Origin: Victivallales bacterium
GTDB lineage: Bacteria; Verrucomicrobiota; Lentisphaeria; Victivallales; UBA1829
Assembly (NCBI GenBank): GCA_045114455.1
Contig: JBGUKN010000072.1
Span: 945 to 64,944, forward strand
Direction of reading: 5' to 3'
Length of the DNA: 64,000 nucleotides
Every line of letters starts with the position of its first letter. The first letter of the stretch is position 1. The notes under the pieces were generated by a model. It made no database searches and was not told where the DNA came from. It saw only the letters and a list, made by a program, of their open reading frames with translations. Made by a program: the position numbers and the translations under genes. Shown here one piece after another: positions 31,041-40,415 of the stretch.

Positions 31041-31183
31041 GTTTCAGTTAAAAACGAGGAGACGCCCCCATAGTTTCAGGAAAACGAGGAGACGCGCTTT
31101 CCCCATAGTTTCAGGAAAACGAGGAGACGCGCCTTTCCCAAAAGTTCCAGGAAAAACGAATGAGGTGACGTTCCTTTCTTCAA
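31041..31183 (+). repeat. Four abutting direct repeats of 32-40 bp (GTTTCAGGAAAACGAGGAGACGCG core)
   Basis: Units start at 31041, 31073, 31108 and 31144. Units 2 and 3 are nearly identical; units 1 and 4 are degenerate. Confidence 0.8.
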
Positions 31184-31217
31184 GTTTCAGTTAAATGGTA
31201 CTTGATTTAACTGAAAC
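31184..31217. repeat. Perfect hairpin/inverted repeat at the centre of the repeat array
   Basis: GTTTCAGTTAAAT (31184-31196), 8-nt spacer, ATTTAACTGAAAC (31205-31217). The arms reuse the GTTTCAG repeat head. Confidence 0.85.
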
Positions 31218-31350
31218 TTGCGCGTATGCGCGAAAAACTGCAATTTCTCTGCCAACTCGTTTCCATTGGCAAACCTGAGCGTATGCGCGGGAGAGTGCGT
31301 TTTCTCCGCCGTTTCGTTTTTTTCATTGGAAAACTTGAGCGTATGCGCGG
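31214..31350 (+). repeat. Three direct repeats with 57-60 bp period (AAAC[C/T]TG[A/C]GCGTATGCGCG core), opposite polarity to the left array
   Basis: Cores at 31214-31232, 31271-31289 and 31331-31349. On the minus strand each unit starts GTTT(C/G/T)CCAATG...AAACGA, like a degenerate copy of the left unit. Confidence 0.75.
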
Positions 31351-31499
31351 AAATGTACGGGAAAAGCAAAGGGAATATACGGGAAATATGGATGAAAAGG
31401 AACGTTTTCCAAAAGGAAACTGCTTGAAAAACATGTCTGCCGGATGTATTTTATAGAACAAATAGCAACCCCGGACCGCCGGACGGAACAGGACCCCCC

Positions 31500-32300
31500 A
31501 TGAGAAAACCCGACATCTTCGACGAGATCATCCAGTGCCTGAAAACAGGCGCGCAGACCGGAGCCGACGTCTCCATGGACGAAGCGGTCCTGCACGACCT
31601 CTACGCCCGCCCCGCCGTCCGCAAGACCGCGAACGAGGCGCAGGCATCCTCCGCATCCGCACCGGTTCCCCGCGCACAGACGCAGCCTCCGGCAAGGGGC
31701 ATGGACGGGGTTCCGCCCGCCTATGCGCCCGACATCCCCGAATGGGAATCCCTCCGCACGGAATGCGCCGCCTGCATGAAATGCGGCCTCGGCCGCACCC
31801 GCACCAACATGGTGTTCGCCGACGGCAATCCGCACGCCGAACTGATGTTCATCGGCGAGGGGCCCGGCGCGGACGAGGACGCCACCGGCGTGCCGTTCGT
31901 GGGCCGCGCGGGCGAACTGCTGTCCCGCATGATCGCCGCCATGACGTTCGACCGCAGGACCGAGACCTGCATTGCAAACATCGTGAAGTGCCGCCCCCCG
32001 GGAAACCGCAATCCGGCCGACGACGAGGCGGCGGCGTGCATGCCGTACCTGAAACGCCAGATCGCCATGGTGAATCCGAAGGTGATCGTGCTGCTCGGCG
32101 CCGTGCCGCTTCTGTATCTCTTCAACCTCAAGGGCATCATGAAGCTCCGCGGACGCTGGCTGGATTACGGCGGCATCCCCGTCATGCCGACCTACCACCC
32201 GGCGTTTCTCCTGCGCAATCCGCCGGCGAAGAAAGACGCCTGGGCCGACCTGCAGGCGGTCATGGCGGTCTTCGGACGCAAACCGGCGCCCCGGCGCTGA
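31500..32300 (+). CDS. Uracil-DNA glycosylase, family 4 (Fe-S type)
   Basis: CMKCGL...[26 protein letters not shown]...[13 protein letters not shown]...HPAFLLRNP. Confidence 0.88.
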   Translation: MRKPDIFDEIIQCLKTGAQTGADVSMDEAVLHDLYARPAVRKTANEAQASSASAPVPRAQTQPPARGMDGVPPAYAPDIPEWESLRTECAACMKCGLGRTRTNMVFADGNPHAELMFIGEGPGADEDATGVPFVGRAGELLSRMIAAMTFDRRTETCIANIVKCRPPGNRNPADDEAAACMPYLKRQIAMVNPKVIVLLGAVPLLYLFNLKGIMKLRGRWLDYGGIPVMPTYHPAFLLRNPPAKKDAWADLQAVMAVFGRKPAPRR

Positions 32301-32321
32301 ACCCGGACGGAGGCAGTCCGA

Positions 32322-33638
32322 ATGGGCCGGTACATCGTCAAGCGCATTCTTTACTCCGTCTGGATCCTGCTCGGGATCATGGTCGTAACATTCGTGCTGT
32401 TCCGTGTCTCCGCGGGCGACCCGACCGCTGTTCTGCTCGGCAAGAACCCGACCGCCGCTGATGTGGAGGCCATGCGCGACTCCATGGGCTGCGACAAACC
32501 GCTTTTCTTCGGCCTCTGGCGCGTCACCGAGCTGTACCCGTCCGCGGATTTCACCGGCGGGCGCACCGAGATACCCGGAATCGAGCTGAACGGCATCCAG
32601 CCTGAAGCGGCCGGACAGGACGGCTTGCGCCTGGGCCTCGGCAACATTGCCTTCAAACGACAGTTCACCAACAAGGAGGCGAAAAACCGCATCGTCCTCT
32701 CCGGTTCGGGACGGTTCCGCGTGGCCGGACAGGAAATCGAAATCTCCGCCGGCGGGACCGCCGTTGAACTGAAGGACGCGCCCGATGAACTCACGGTCGC
32801 CGGACTTGATGAAAACTGCGTGCTGGTACGCGCCGGATTCGAGCGTCCGAACCGCGCCTGGTACGATTCGCAGGCGCTGGACTCAATCAGGGAACTCGTC
32901 ACGTTCTCGGCGCATTTCCCCTACGTCTCGTTTTTCAACTTCGGCAATACGCTCCTCACGCACGAATCCATCCGCGGCAAGCTCTGGCGCGGCATGGGGC
33001 CGTCCCTGATGATCATGCTCCCGATCTTCTTCGGCGAGCTCGTGCTCGGGATCGTGCTGGCGATGATCTCCTGCGCGTTTCAGGACCGCATCCTGGACCG
33101 TGCGATCGTGGTGCTGTCCGTCGCAGGGATGAGCATCAGCTATCTCGTGCTCATCATCCTCGGCCAGTGGTTTCTGGCATACTACCTGAACCTCTTCCCC
33201 GTGTGGGGCTGGGACAGCCCGAAATGCGTGATCCTGCCCGTCATCATCGGCATCGTGTCCGGCACGGGCAGCGGCGTGCGGTTCTACCGGACAGTCTTCC
33301 TCGACGAGATCCGGCGAGAATACATCAGGACCGCCGCGGCGAAGGGCGCGCGCCCGATGCGCGTGTACGGTATCCATCTCCTGCGGAACGCCCTGGTTCC
33401 GATCATCACGCGCGCCTCGACCGAACTGCCGTTCCTGTTCACCGGCAGTCTGCTGCTGGAAAGCTTCTTCGGGATTCCCGGACTGGGCTATGAAGGCGTG
33501 AACGCGCTGAACAGCTCCGACCTCTCCATGCTGAAGGCGCTCGTCCTGCTCGGCGCGATCCTCTTCATTGTCATCAACCTGATTACCGATGTGGCGTATG
33601 CGTGGGTCGATCCGCGCGTTCGCGTCGACCGCGACTGA
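32322..33638 (+). CDS. ABC transporter permease, OppB/DppB-like, with a large extracytoplasmic insertion
   Basis: MGRYIVKRILYSVWILLGIMVVTFVLF, then an insert of about 190 aa, then the typical core with EYIRTAAAKGARPMRVYGIHLLRNALVPI. Confidence 0.85.
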   Translation: MGRYIVKRILYSVWILLGIMVVTFVLFRVSAGDPTAVLLGKNPTAADVEAMRDSMGCDKPLFFGLWRVTELYPSADFTGGRTEIPGIELNGIQPEAAGQDGLRLGLGNIAFKRQFTNKEAKNRIVLSGSGRFRVAGQEIEISAGGTAVELKDAPDELTVAGLDENCVLVRAGFERPNRAWYDSQALDSIRELVTFSAHFPYVSFFNFGNTLLTHESIRGKLWRGMGPSLMIMLPIFFGELVLGIVLAMISCAFQDRILDRAIVVLSVAGMSISYLVLIILGQWFLAYYLNLFPVWGWDSPKCVILPVIIGIVSGTGSGVRFYRTVFLDEIRREYIRTAAAKGARPMRVYGIHLLRNALVPIITRASTELPFLFTGSLLLESFFGIPGLGYEGVNALNSSDLSMLKALVLLGAILFIVINLITDVAYAWVDPRVRVDRD

Positions 33639-33721
33639 GCCTCCTTCCGCCGCTTAACGTTACCTCTCCTTTTTTTCCGTCTCCCACGCGCCGGAAATCC
33701 GCCGAAAAGTGAATTCCGCGC

Positions 33722-33750
33722 TTGAAAATTCAGGCGGCGCGTGATACTGT
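33722..33750 (+). promoter_or_regulatory. Candidate galK promoter
   Basis: TTGAAA (33722-33727), 17-nt spacer, TACTGT (33745-33750). Confidence 0.35.
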
Positions 33751-33755
33751 ATCAC
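33741..33755. promoter_or_regulatory. Operator-like perfect palindrome overlapping the -10 region
   Basis: GTGATAC-T-GTATCAC, a 7+1+7 perfect dyad. Confidence 0.4.
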
Positions 33756-33801
33756 CGAACCGCACAACAATCATACATACTCGCAAGAAAGGAATCCCCC
33801 C

Positions 33802-34950
33802 ATGAGCGCCAGTGTCCGCGAACAATTCATCGCCCGCTACGGAAAGGAACCCGCTGTCTGCTCCTTCGCTCCCGGCCGCCTCGAAATCCTCGGCAACCAC
33901 ACCGACTACAACGAAGGTTTTGTCCTGAGCTGCGCCGTCGGCCAGCATACCTGTTTCGCCATGAGCCCGGCAGACGGCACGAAGTGCAACATCTGCGAGC
34001 ACGGCAAGGACCAGGAACTCGACCTGAACGACATCGACACTCCGGTGAAAGGCGACTGGCGCAACTACATCAAGGGATTGCTCGTCGACCTCAAGCGCCG
34101 CGGCATCAAGTTCGGCGCGTTCGACGCCGTCCTGGACAGCCAGGTCCCGCTCTCCGCCGGCATGAGCAGTTCCGCCGCCCTCGAAATGTCCTTCGCGTTC
34201 GCGCTGAAGACCATCTACGGCATCGAACTCCCGCTCGCGGACTGGGCGCGCGTCGGCCAGGCGGTCGAAAACAAGTTCCTCGGCCTGAACAGCGGCCTGC
34301 TCGACCAGTTCAGTTCGCTGTTCGGCAAGAAGGATTCCTTCATCCTCTGCGATTTCCGCACGGTCGAGGTGCTGAAGAACGTCGGCATGCCCTCGGGCTA
34401 CGTCTTCGTCGTGGCGAACTCCATGGTGAAGCACAACCTCGTCGACTCCGCCTACAACCAGCGCCGCGTGAGCTGCGAGAACGCCACCGCCGCCATTCAG
34501 AAGACCCATCCCGAGATCAAGACGCTCCGCGACGTCTCCGGCGAGCTCCTCGAAGCCTGCAAGGGCGACATGGACCGCATCGACTACCTCCGAGCCAAGC
34601 ACGTCGTCGGCGAGGACGAACGCGTCTTCCGCGCCGTGGACTGCCTCGGCAAGGACGACATCGCCGGTTTCGGCAAGCTCCTCTATGAAAGCCACGAGAG
34701 CTCCCGCGTGAACTTTGAAAACAGCTGCCCCGAGCTCGACATCCTCGTCGAACTTTCCAAGTCCATCCCCGGCTGCCTCGGCGCGCGCCTCTCCGGCGGC
34801 GGATTCGGCGGCATCTCCATCCACCTCGTCGAGACCGCGCAGGCCGAGACCTATGCCGAACGCCTCAAAACCGCCTACAAGTCCCAGACCGGGATCGACG
34901 CCGCCACGTTCATCTGCTCCATCGGCGACGGCGCGGGCGTAGAAGCCTGA
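33802..34950 (+). CDS. galK: Galactokinase (GHMP kinase)
   Basis: APGRLEILGNHTDYNEGFVL (galactokinase signature) and PLSAGMSSSAALE (GHMP ATP motif). Confidence 0.9.
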   Translation: MSASVREQFIARYGKEPAVCSFAPGRLEILGNHTDYNEGFVLSCAVGQHTCFAMSPADGTKCNICEHGKDQELDLNDIDTPVKGDWRNYIKGLLVDLKRRGIKFGAFDAVLDSQVPLSAGMSSSAALEMSFAFALKTIYGIELPLADWARVGQAVENKFLGLNSGLLDQFSSLFGKKDSFILCDFRTVEVLKNVGMPSGYVFVVANSMVKHNLVDSAYNQRRVSCENATAAIQKTHPEIKTLRDVSGELLEACKGDMDRIDYLRAKHVVGEDERVFRAVDCLGKDDIAGFGKLLYESHESSRVNFENSCPELDILVELSKSIPGCLGARLSGGGFGGISIHLVETAQAETYAERLKTAYKSQTGIDAATFICSIGDGAGVEA

Positions 34951-34973
34951 AACAGCCTCATCCTTCGCTCAAC

Positions 34974-36695
34974 ATGAACCCGAAAGTCCGTCGCCTGATT
35001 CTTCTTCTCGCAGGAGGCGTTCTCCTGCTCGGAATCTCGTATGCCGCCGATTTTGACGGATACTCCAATCCGAACACGGTCCTGATCCAGCGCGGCTACA
35101 GGGACCGTCATCCCGACGTGCCCGTCAATCCGAAAAGCGTGCTGGAGGAACAGACGCCGAAGACGACGCGTGCGTTCGACGGCGGCGTTTCCGTGCTGGA
35201 TTTCGGGAAGGACGCCTACTGCCACCTCGTCCTGACCTTGAAGGCGGAACAGGAAGGCAAACTGGAAGTCCTCGTCGGCGAGGTCCTGAAACCGGACGGA
35301 CGGATCGAGGAGAATCCCGGCGGTTCGCGCATCTGCTACAAAGAGGCGATGAACGTGAAACCCGGCGAAGCCGGCTACCTGATGAAGTTCCCGCCGCACC
35401 GAAACCCGTACGGCGGGATGTCGAGTCCGCAGACGCCCGAGATCGCGCCGTTCCGCTATGTGGAAATCCGCAATCCGGACGGCGTTGAGGTTGTGAAAGT
35501 CGTCCGCATGGCGCATTTCCCGGAATTCGATGATACCGCCTCGGCATTCGAGTGCGACGATCCGGATCTTGTGAAAGTCTGGGATTTCTGCAAATACTCG
35601 GTGAAGGCGTGCATCCCGTACGGGCTGTACATCGACGGCAACCGCGAACGCCTGCCCTACGAGGCGGACAGCTACATCACCGCGCTGAGCCATTTCGCCG
35701 TGGACGCGAACTACGCCGCCTGCCGCATGTCGATCATATGGTCGCTGGACCATCCCACCTGGCCGACCGAATGGCGTCTGCTGATGCCGGAGCTCATGAA
35801 AGTCTATCTGCTGTACAGCGGCGACCTCAAGTCCGTGCGCAGCTGGTACGAGCGCCAGAAACCGCTCCTGCTGTCCGCCTGCCTCGACGAACGCGGTTTG
35901 CTGAACTCGAAACGCTACCCGGACGGCATTCGCGACATCGTGGACTGGCCGGAGAAGGAACGCGACGGCTACGAGATGAAGGAAGTGAACTTCGTGCCGA
36001 ACGCGTTCCGGCATCTCGCGCTGCTGGACATGGCATATCTGGCGGAACAGACCGGACACGCGGACGAGGCGGCGCGATACCGCGCGGAAGCAGAGGCGCT
36101 GAACGCGCGTCTGCACGAAATCATGTTCGACGGCACATTGTTTGTTGACTCGCCCGGCTCGAAACACCATTCGGTTCACGCCCAGATGGCCGCCGTCTGC
36201 ACCGGAGTCGTCCGCGAGGAGGAAAAAGCGGCGATCGCGGAGTTCCTGAAGGGAAAAGGCATGGACTGCAGCGTGTACGGCGCGCAATATCTGCTCGACG
36301 CGTGTTTCGAGCTCGGACTCGGCGAACACGCCGTGGAGCTTATGACCTCGGACGGCCTCCGCAGCTGGCGCAATATGCTCCGCGCGGGCGCCACCGTGAC
36401 CATGGAGGCGTGGGACAACGCCGTAAAGCCGAACCAGGACTGGAATCACTCCTGGGCCACAGCCCCGGCAAACGTTGTCGCGCGGAGGCTCTTCGGCATC
36501 CGTCCGCTGGCCCGGGGATTCACGCAATTCTGCGTGGAACCGGACCTGAGCGTGCTGAAAAACGGATTCTACCGCCAGCCGACGCCGGTCGGTCCGATCG
36601 AGGTGACGGTAAAGGACGGTAAAGTCGCTTCCATAAAATACCCGTTTGGAACCAGGCTGGTCGCATCCGACCCTTCGAAGGCATTCTTCTTTTAA
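34974..36695 (+). CDS. Secreted GH78-like (alpha-L-rhamnosidase family) six-hairpin glycosidase
   Basis: Signal peptide MNPKVRRLILLLAGGVLLLGISYA. The C-terminal half resembles the GH78 catalytic domain (LYIDGNRERLPYEADSY, TMEAWD...DWNHSWATAP). Confidence 0.6.
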   Translation: MNPKVRRLILLLAGGVLLLGISYAADFDGYSNPNTVLIQRGYRDRHPDVPVNPKSVLEEQTPKTTRAFDGGVSVLDFGKDAYCHLVLTLKAEQEGKLEVLVGEVLKPDGRIEENPGGSRICYKEAMNVKPGEAGYLMKFPPHRNPYGGMSSPQTPEIAPFRYVEIRNPDGVEVVKVVRMAHFPEFDDTASAFECDDPDLVKVWDFCKYSVKACIPYGLYIDGNRERLPYEADSYITALSHFAVDANYAACRMSIIWSLDHPTWPTEWRLLMPELMKVYLLYSGDLKSVRSWYERQKPLLLSACLDERGLLNSKRYPDGIRDIVDWPEKERDGYEMKEVNFVPNAFRHLALLDMAYLAEQTGHADEAARYRAEAEALNARLHEIMFDGTLFVDSPGSKHHSVHAQMAAVCTGVVREEEKAAIAEFLKGKGMDCSVYGAQYLLDACFELGLGEHAVELMTSDGLRSWRNMLRAGATVTMEAWDNAVKPNQDWNHSWATAPANVVARRLFGIRPLARGFTQFCVEPDLSVLKNGFYRQPTPVGPIEVTVKDGKVASIKYPFGTRLVASDPSKAFFF

Positions 36696-36793
36696 CGCCA
36701 CCTGCCGTCACGCCGACAGCCGGACGCATAGACGAAAAGCGTCCGGCCCACAGGGAGCCGGACGCGAGTATTTCAGCTTATGTCAGGACTGGA

Positions 36794-37423
36794 TCAGTCG
36801 TTCCAGATCCAGAGCCAGTGAAGCTCGCCCGGATTGTCGTCGCCGATCGGAAGCCTGTGCGTCTTGAACGGGAAGAAGCAGATGACCCAGTTGTTGAAGG
36901 AGGATTCCGCCTTCGCACCGTCGACGATCTGGACCGGTTCGTTGGTCTTGGCATCGACGATGTTGAAGAAGAAGCGGCCCCAGGCGGTACGGTGGAGACG
37001 CATCAGGATCGGGATCTCGGGGATCACGATGGAGAGGTTCGCCCACGGGATCGGGATCGGGAGGGACGGGATGCCGAGGAGGAACTTGTCCATGTCGGTG
37101 GCGAGCACGCTGCTGGTGGCCTTGAAGATATAATCGGCGTCGCCGGCTTCCTTCACCACGACGATGCCGTAGCGGGCGAGGTGCAGCTCAATGTAGGCCA
37201 TAAGGAACTCCTTGTCGACCTGTGGAGCGAGGTTCGAGTAGTCCATGTTGACCTTTTTACCTGCATAGGCATCGAAGTCGATGGAGGAAATGCCGCGTTC
37301 GATAACCGCGCTGAGGAGCATTTCTTCCACGGAATTGCGCGCGGTGTTCGTGGTGGCTGGGGTGGAACAGGCCGTGCAGACGAGTGCCGCGGCCGCCGCA
37401 AAAAGAAGGAACAAGTGTTTCAT
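36794..37423 (-). CDS. Hypothetical lipoprotein
   Basis: The ATG at 37423 gives MKHLFLLFAAAAALVCTACS (lipobox). No family recognised. Confidence 0.6.
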   Translation of the reverse strand: MKHLFLLFAAAAALVCTACSTPATTNTARNSVEEMLLSAVIERGISSIDFDAYAGKKVNMDYSNLAPQVDKEFLMAYIELHLARYGIVVVKEAGDADYIFKATSSVLATDMDKFLLGIPSLPIPIPWANLSIVIPEIPILMRLHRTAWGRFFFNIVDAKTNEPVQIVDGAKAESSFNNWVICFFPFKTHRLPIGDDNPGELHWLWIWND

Positions 37424-37640
37424 ACCTGGTCTCTCCGGAATGTCTGCCGACATTCCCGTGTTTTTTTGTTTTATGGACAAATATTTGTGTGTGCGTAGAG
37501 CAGACCTGCGGCGGGGAGATGGTACGATTCCTCCGACAGTTCCGAAGAGATACTATAGCATATTTTTTCTCTAAAACAATCCGCAACGGATAAAAAAAGA
37601 CAAGAAAATGGAAAAAAAGGCAAAAAAGCAGGTATCCGGT

Positions 37641-37669
37641 TTGAAATGACGCCGGATGTATGCTATATT
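37641..37669 (+). promoter_or_regulatory. Sigma-70-like promoter for rpmH, bracketed by an inverted repeat
   Basis: TTGAAA (37641-37646), 17-nt spacer, TATATT (37664-37669). ATCCGG (37634-37639) and CCGGAT (37652-37657) flank the -35. Confidence 0.5.
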
Positions 37670-37776
37670 AGATGGATTACACCATATACAAAACGAACGA
37701 AAAACAACTATCCGCAACCCCCTGAGAGGAACAGCCGGAGCACACTTTTTCGCGGCTCCGGGAACAAGGTGAAACT

Positions 37777-37914
37777 ATGAAAAGAACGTATCAGCCTTCC
37801 GTCATTAAACGCGCCCGCAAATATGGATTCCGTGCCAGAATGGCCACCAAAGGCGGTCGCCAGGTCCTTGCCAGAAGAAGAGCGAAAGGCCGCAAACGCC
37901 TGACCGTCATCTGA
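37777..37914 (+). CDS. rpmH: 50S ribosomal protein L34
   Basis: Not in the ORF track because it is under 60 aa. Hand translation gives [45 protein letters not shown] followed by a stop. Confidence 0.95.
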   Translation: MKRTYQPSVIKRARKYGFRARMATKGGRQVLARRRAKGRKRLTVI

Positions 37915-37928
37915 GAAAGGATCGCGCC

Positions 37929-38333
37929 GTGGAAAATGAGCGCAGGGGCCTGAGGAAGCAGGAAAAACTGCGCACCCGAAAGGATTTCGATGCGCTCAAG
38001 GAACACGGGAAAGCCTGCCGGGATCCGTTCTTTACGGTCCTGGTCCGGGCAACGGAGCCGGACGATCCGGTTCAGAACACACGGTACGGCGTCATATGCA
38101 GCCGAAAACTGCATCATTCGGCCGTCGTCAGGAACCGGGCAAGGCGTCTGATTACCGAAACGTTCCGGCTGAGCAAGGAGGTCATCCTGCCATGCAGCAT
38201 CCTGATCATCCCGCGCCGGGCCATCTTCGGCGCAAAACAGCAGGAAGTGCAGGCGCATCTGCTCCGGACGCTGAAAAAAGCCGGGCTGATCCGGGAAACA
38301 CGGATCGCCGCCACGCCGTCCGCGAATTCGTGA
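37929..38333 (+). CDS. rnpA: Ribonuclease P protein component
   Basis: GTG start. [21 protein letters not shown]...[25 protein letters not shown] (RNR motif). Directly after rpmH. Confidence 0.9.
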   Translation: MENERRGLRKQEKLRTRKDFDALKEHGKACRDPFFTVLVRATEPDDPVQNTRYGVICSRKLHHSAVVRNRARRLITETFRLSKEVILPCSILIIPRRAIFGAKQQEVQAHLLRTLKKAGLIRETRIAATPSANS

Positions 38334-38557
38334 TTCTTCCCATCCGCGCATACCGCCGCTGGATCACCCCTCTGTTTCCCCCGTGCTGCCGTTTCACGCC
38401 GACCTGCTCCCAGTACGCGATCGACGCCATCCGGATTCATGGACTCCTGCGAGGTTTCGCGTTGAGTTCATGGCGGATTCTCCGATGCAATCCCTGGTCC
38501 CCGGGCGGATATGACCCAGTTCCCCCGAAACGCCGTCCAGGAAGGAATAACGAGTGA
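38330..38557 (+). CDS. yidD: Membrane protein insertion efficiency factor YidD
   Basis: The GTG at 38330 overlaps the rnpA stop (GTGA). [34 protein letters not shown]...[17 protein letters not shown]. Confidence 0.9.
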   Translation: MILPIRAYRRWITPLFPPCCRFTPTCSQYAIDAIRIHGLLRGFALSSWRILRCNPWSPGGYDPVPPKRRPGRNNE

Positions 38558-40389
38558 ACTTCAAATACGACAAAGACACTGTCATCATCGTGGTGGTCGG
38601 CTGCCTGCTCATGGGCGGCTGGCTGCTCTATATGCCGAAATATCAGGCGAAGCGCACCGCGGAATATCAGAAAATGCTGCAGACCACGCAGCAGAATGTT
38701 CCCGCGCAGCAGACGGAAGCGGGCGCAAGTTCAACCTCTGCTCAACAGGCGGTCATCCCGGATGCCAATGCCGGACAGACGCTTCAGCCCGCTTCGGAAA
38801 CTGCCGCCGAAAGCATCCATGCACTGAAAGAAACGAAGACCGTCGTCCTTGAAAACAGCCTTTTCAGCGTGACGGTCGACGGCCTGACCGGTTCGATCTC
38901 CAGCGCCAGGCTGCTGGATCCCCGGTACAAACTGAAAGACTCCGGCGACGCCATCGAACTTTTCCGAGAGGGCGCGTATCGCACGTTCGAACTGAAGGCA
39001 AACCCGGCGCTCATCCCCATTTCGCTGGACGTCCGTGAAAACGGCCCGCTCTCCGCGGAAGTCGTCCGCACGTTCTCCAACGGCCTGAAGCTCGTCCAGA
39101 CATTCACCCTGCCGGAAGACGATTATCTCGTCTCCTGCAAATTTGCCTGGTCCAATCCGGCTTCCGCCGCGATCACGGTCGACGGTCTCGGCGTCCGCCT
39201 CGCCGGTCTGCCGCAGGTCAAGGACCTCACCGGAGACAAGGTCTACAGCGAACGCCTGAATGTCGACTACTGCAAGGTCGGGAGCAGCATGTGCGACTCC
39301 GCCGATCCGCAGGTCAAATCCCAGGAGAAATTCGACAAAAAGACCACCTGCGAATCACCGGTCGCCTGGATCGGCTCCTCCAACAAGTATTTCGCCTCGC
39401 TCCTCTTCGCCGACGAGGCAAGACCCTTTGCGTCCGTGAACGGCGAACGCATCTGGAGGTTCCCGGCCGGCAGCAACAACGAAAAAGACCTTTACGCCGT
39501 TCCCTCCATGACAGGCAATTTCGGAACCGTCTCGTTCGCGCCCGGCACGGAATCCGTGAGTTTCGCATTGAAGACCTACTGCGGACCGAAGGAAATGTCC
39601 CGCATCCGCGCGCTCGGCTCCTCCGTCATGGGCATGATGCACATTTCATATTACTCGTGGTTCGAATTCATCGCCCGTCCCATGGTCCTGCTCCTGAACT
39701 GGCTGAAGGGCCTTTGCGGCTCCTACGGAATCGCGATCATTCTGCTCACGCTCATCGTCCGCATCCTCTTCTGGCCGGTCACGCAAAAAGCCAACAGCTC
39801 CATGCGCCGCATGCAGAAGCTCCAGCCGAAGATCAAGGAGCTCCAGGAGAAGTACAAGGAAACTCCGATGGACACCCCGGACGACACAGCCCGCAAAAAA
39901 GCCGAGCTCAACCAGAAGATGATGGAGCTCTACCGCGTCGAAAAGGTCAATCCCGTCGGCGGTTGTCTCCCCATCCTTCTGCAGATCCCCGTCTTCATCG
40001 CGCTGTATTCCGCGCTGGATTCCGCCGTCGAACTCCGCAATGTGCCGTTCCTGTGGTGTACGGACCTCTCCAGGCCCGACCTCGTCGGCCCGACGCTCCC
40101 GTTCGCCCTGCCCTTCATCGGCCAGGTCGGTTTCCATCCGCTCGTGATCGCGATGACCGCGCTCATGGTCCTGCAGCAGAAGATGACGCCCTCCGCGGCC
40201 GACTCCACGCAGCAGAAAATGATGATGATCATGCCGATCGTCATGCTTTTCATGTTCTACAACCTTCCGTCCGGCCTGACGCTTTACTGGACGGTCAGTC
40301 AAATATTCAGCATCCTTCAAATGAAATACGGGCAAATCGCCGCGAAGCGGGATGAAGCGCGTCAGACAAGTAAACCGCAAAAGGCATAA
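38554..40389 (+). CDS. yidC: Membrane protein insertase YidC
   Basis: The GTG at 38554 overlaps the yidD stop. A large periplasmic domain is followed by [29 protein letters not shown]...[20 protein letters not shown]. Confidence 0.93.
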   Translation: MNFKYDKDTVIIVVVGCLLMGGWLLYMPKYQAKRTAEYQKMLQTTQQNVPAQQTEAGASSTSAQQAVIPDANAGQTLQPASETAAESIHALKETKTVVLENSLFSVTVDGLTGSISSARLLDPRYKLKDSGDAIELFREGAYRTFELKANPALIPISLDVRENGPLSAEVVRTFSNGLKLVQTFTLPEDDYLVSCKFAWSNPASAAITVDGLGVRLAGLPQVKDLTGDKVYSERLNVDYCKVGSSMCDSADPQVKSQEKFDKKTTCESPVAWIGSSNKYFASLLFADEARPFASVNGERIWRFPAGSNNEKDLYAVPSMTGNFGTVSFAPGTESVSFALKTYCGPKEMSRIRALGSSVMGMMHISYYSWFEFIARPMVLLLNWLKGLCGSYGIAIILLTLIVRILFWPVTQKANSSMRRMQKLQPKIKELQEKYKETPMDTPDDTARKKAELNQKMMELYRVEKVNPVGGCLPILLQIPVFIALYSALDSAVELRNVPFLWCTDLSRPDLVGPTLPFALPFIGQVGFHPLVIAMTALMVLQQKMTPSAADSTQQKMMMIMPIVMLFMFYNLPSGLTLYWTVSQIFSILQMKYGQIAAKRDEARQTSKPQKA

Positions 40390-40415
40390 AAACGCCCGAA
40401 ACCCCGGAGAACACA

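Noticed and set aside
31041-31183. Possible small CRISPR array (repeats starting GTTTCAG...)
   Set aside because: The units abut each other with no unique spacers. The inter-core segments are themselves conserved, there are only about four copies, and no cas genes are present. It is a tandem or iteron-like repeat, not a CRISPR.
31187-31461. Four overlapping 60-84 aa ORFs on both strands
   Set aside because: They lie entirely within the repeat array, and their peptide repeats simply mirror the DNA repeats. No SD or start context was seen.
34875-36701. 608-aa minus-strand ORF
   Set aside because: It is antisense to the GH78-like gene. There is no signal peptide or motif, and the composition is Arg-rich.
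36715-36745. Hairpin CCGGACGC-N11-GCGTCCGG between the convergent GH78-like and lipoprotein genes as a terminator
   Set aside because: The 8-bp stem is perfect, but no U-run follows on either strand. This is too weak to call.
37424-37776. Possible oriC upstream of rpmH
   Set aside because: I found no TTATCCACA-like DnaA boxes, no dnaA gene and no obvious AT-rich 13-mer repeats. Only a promoter and an A-rich stretch are present.
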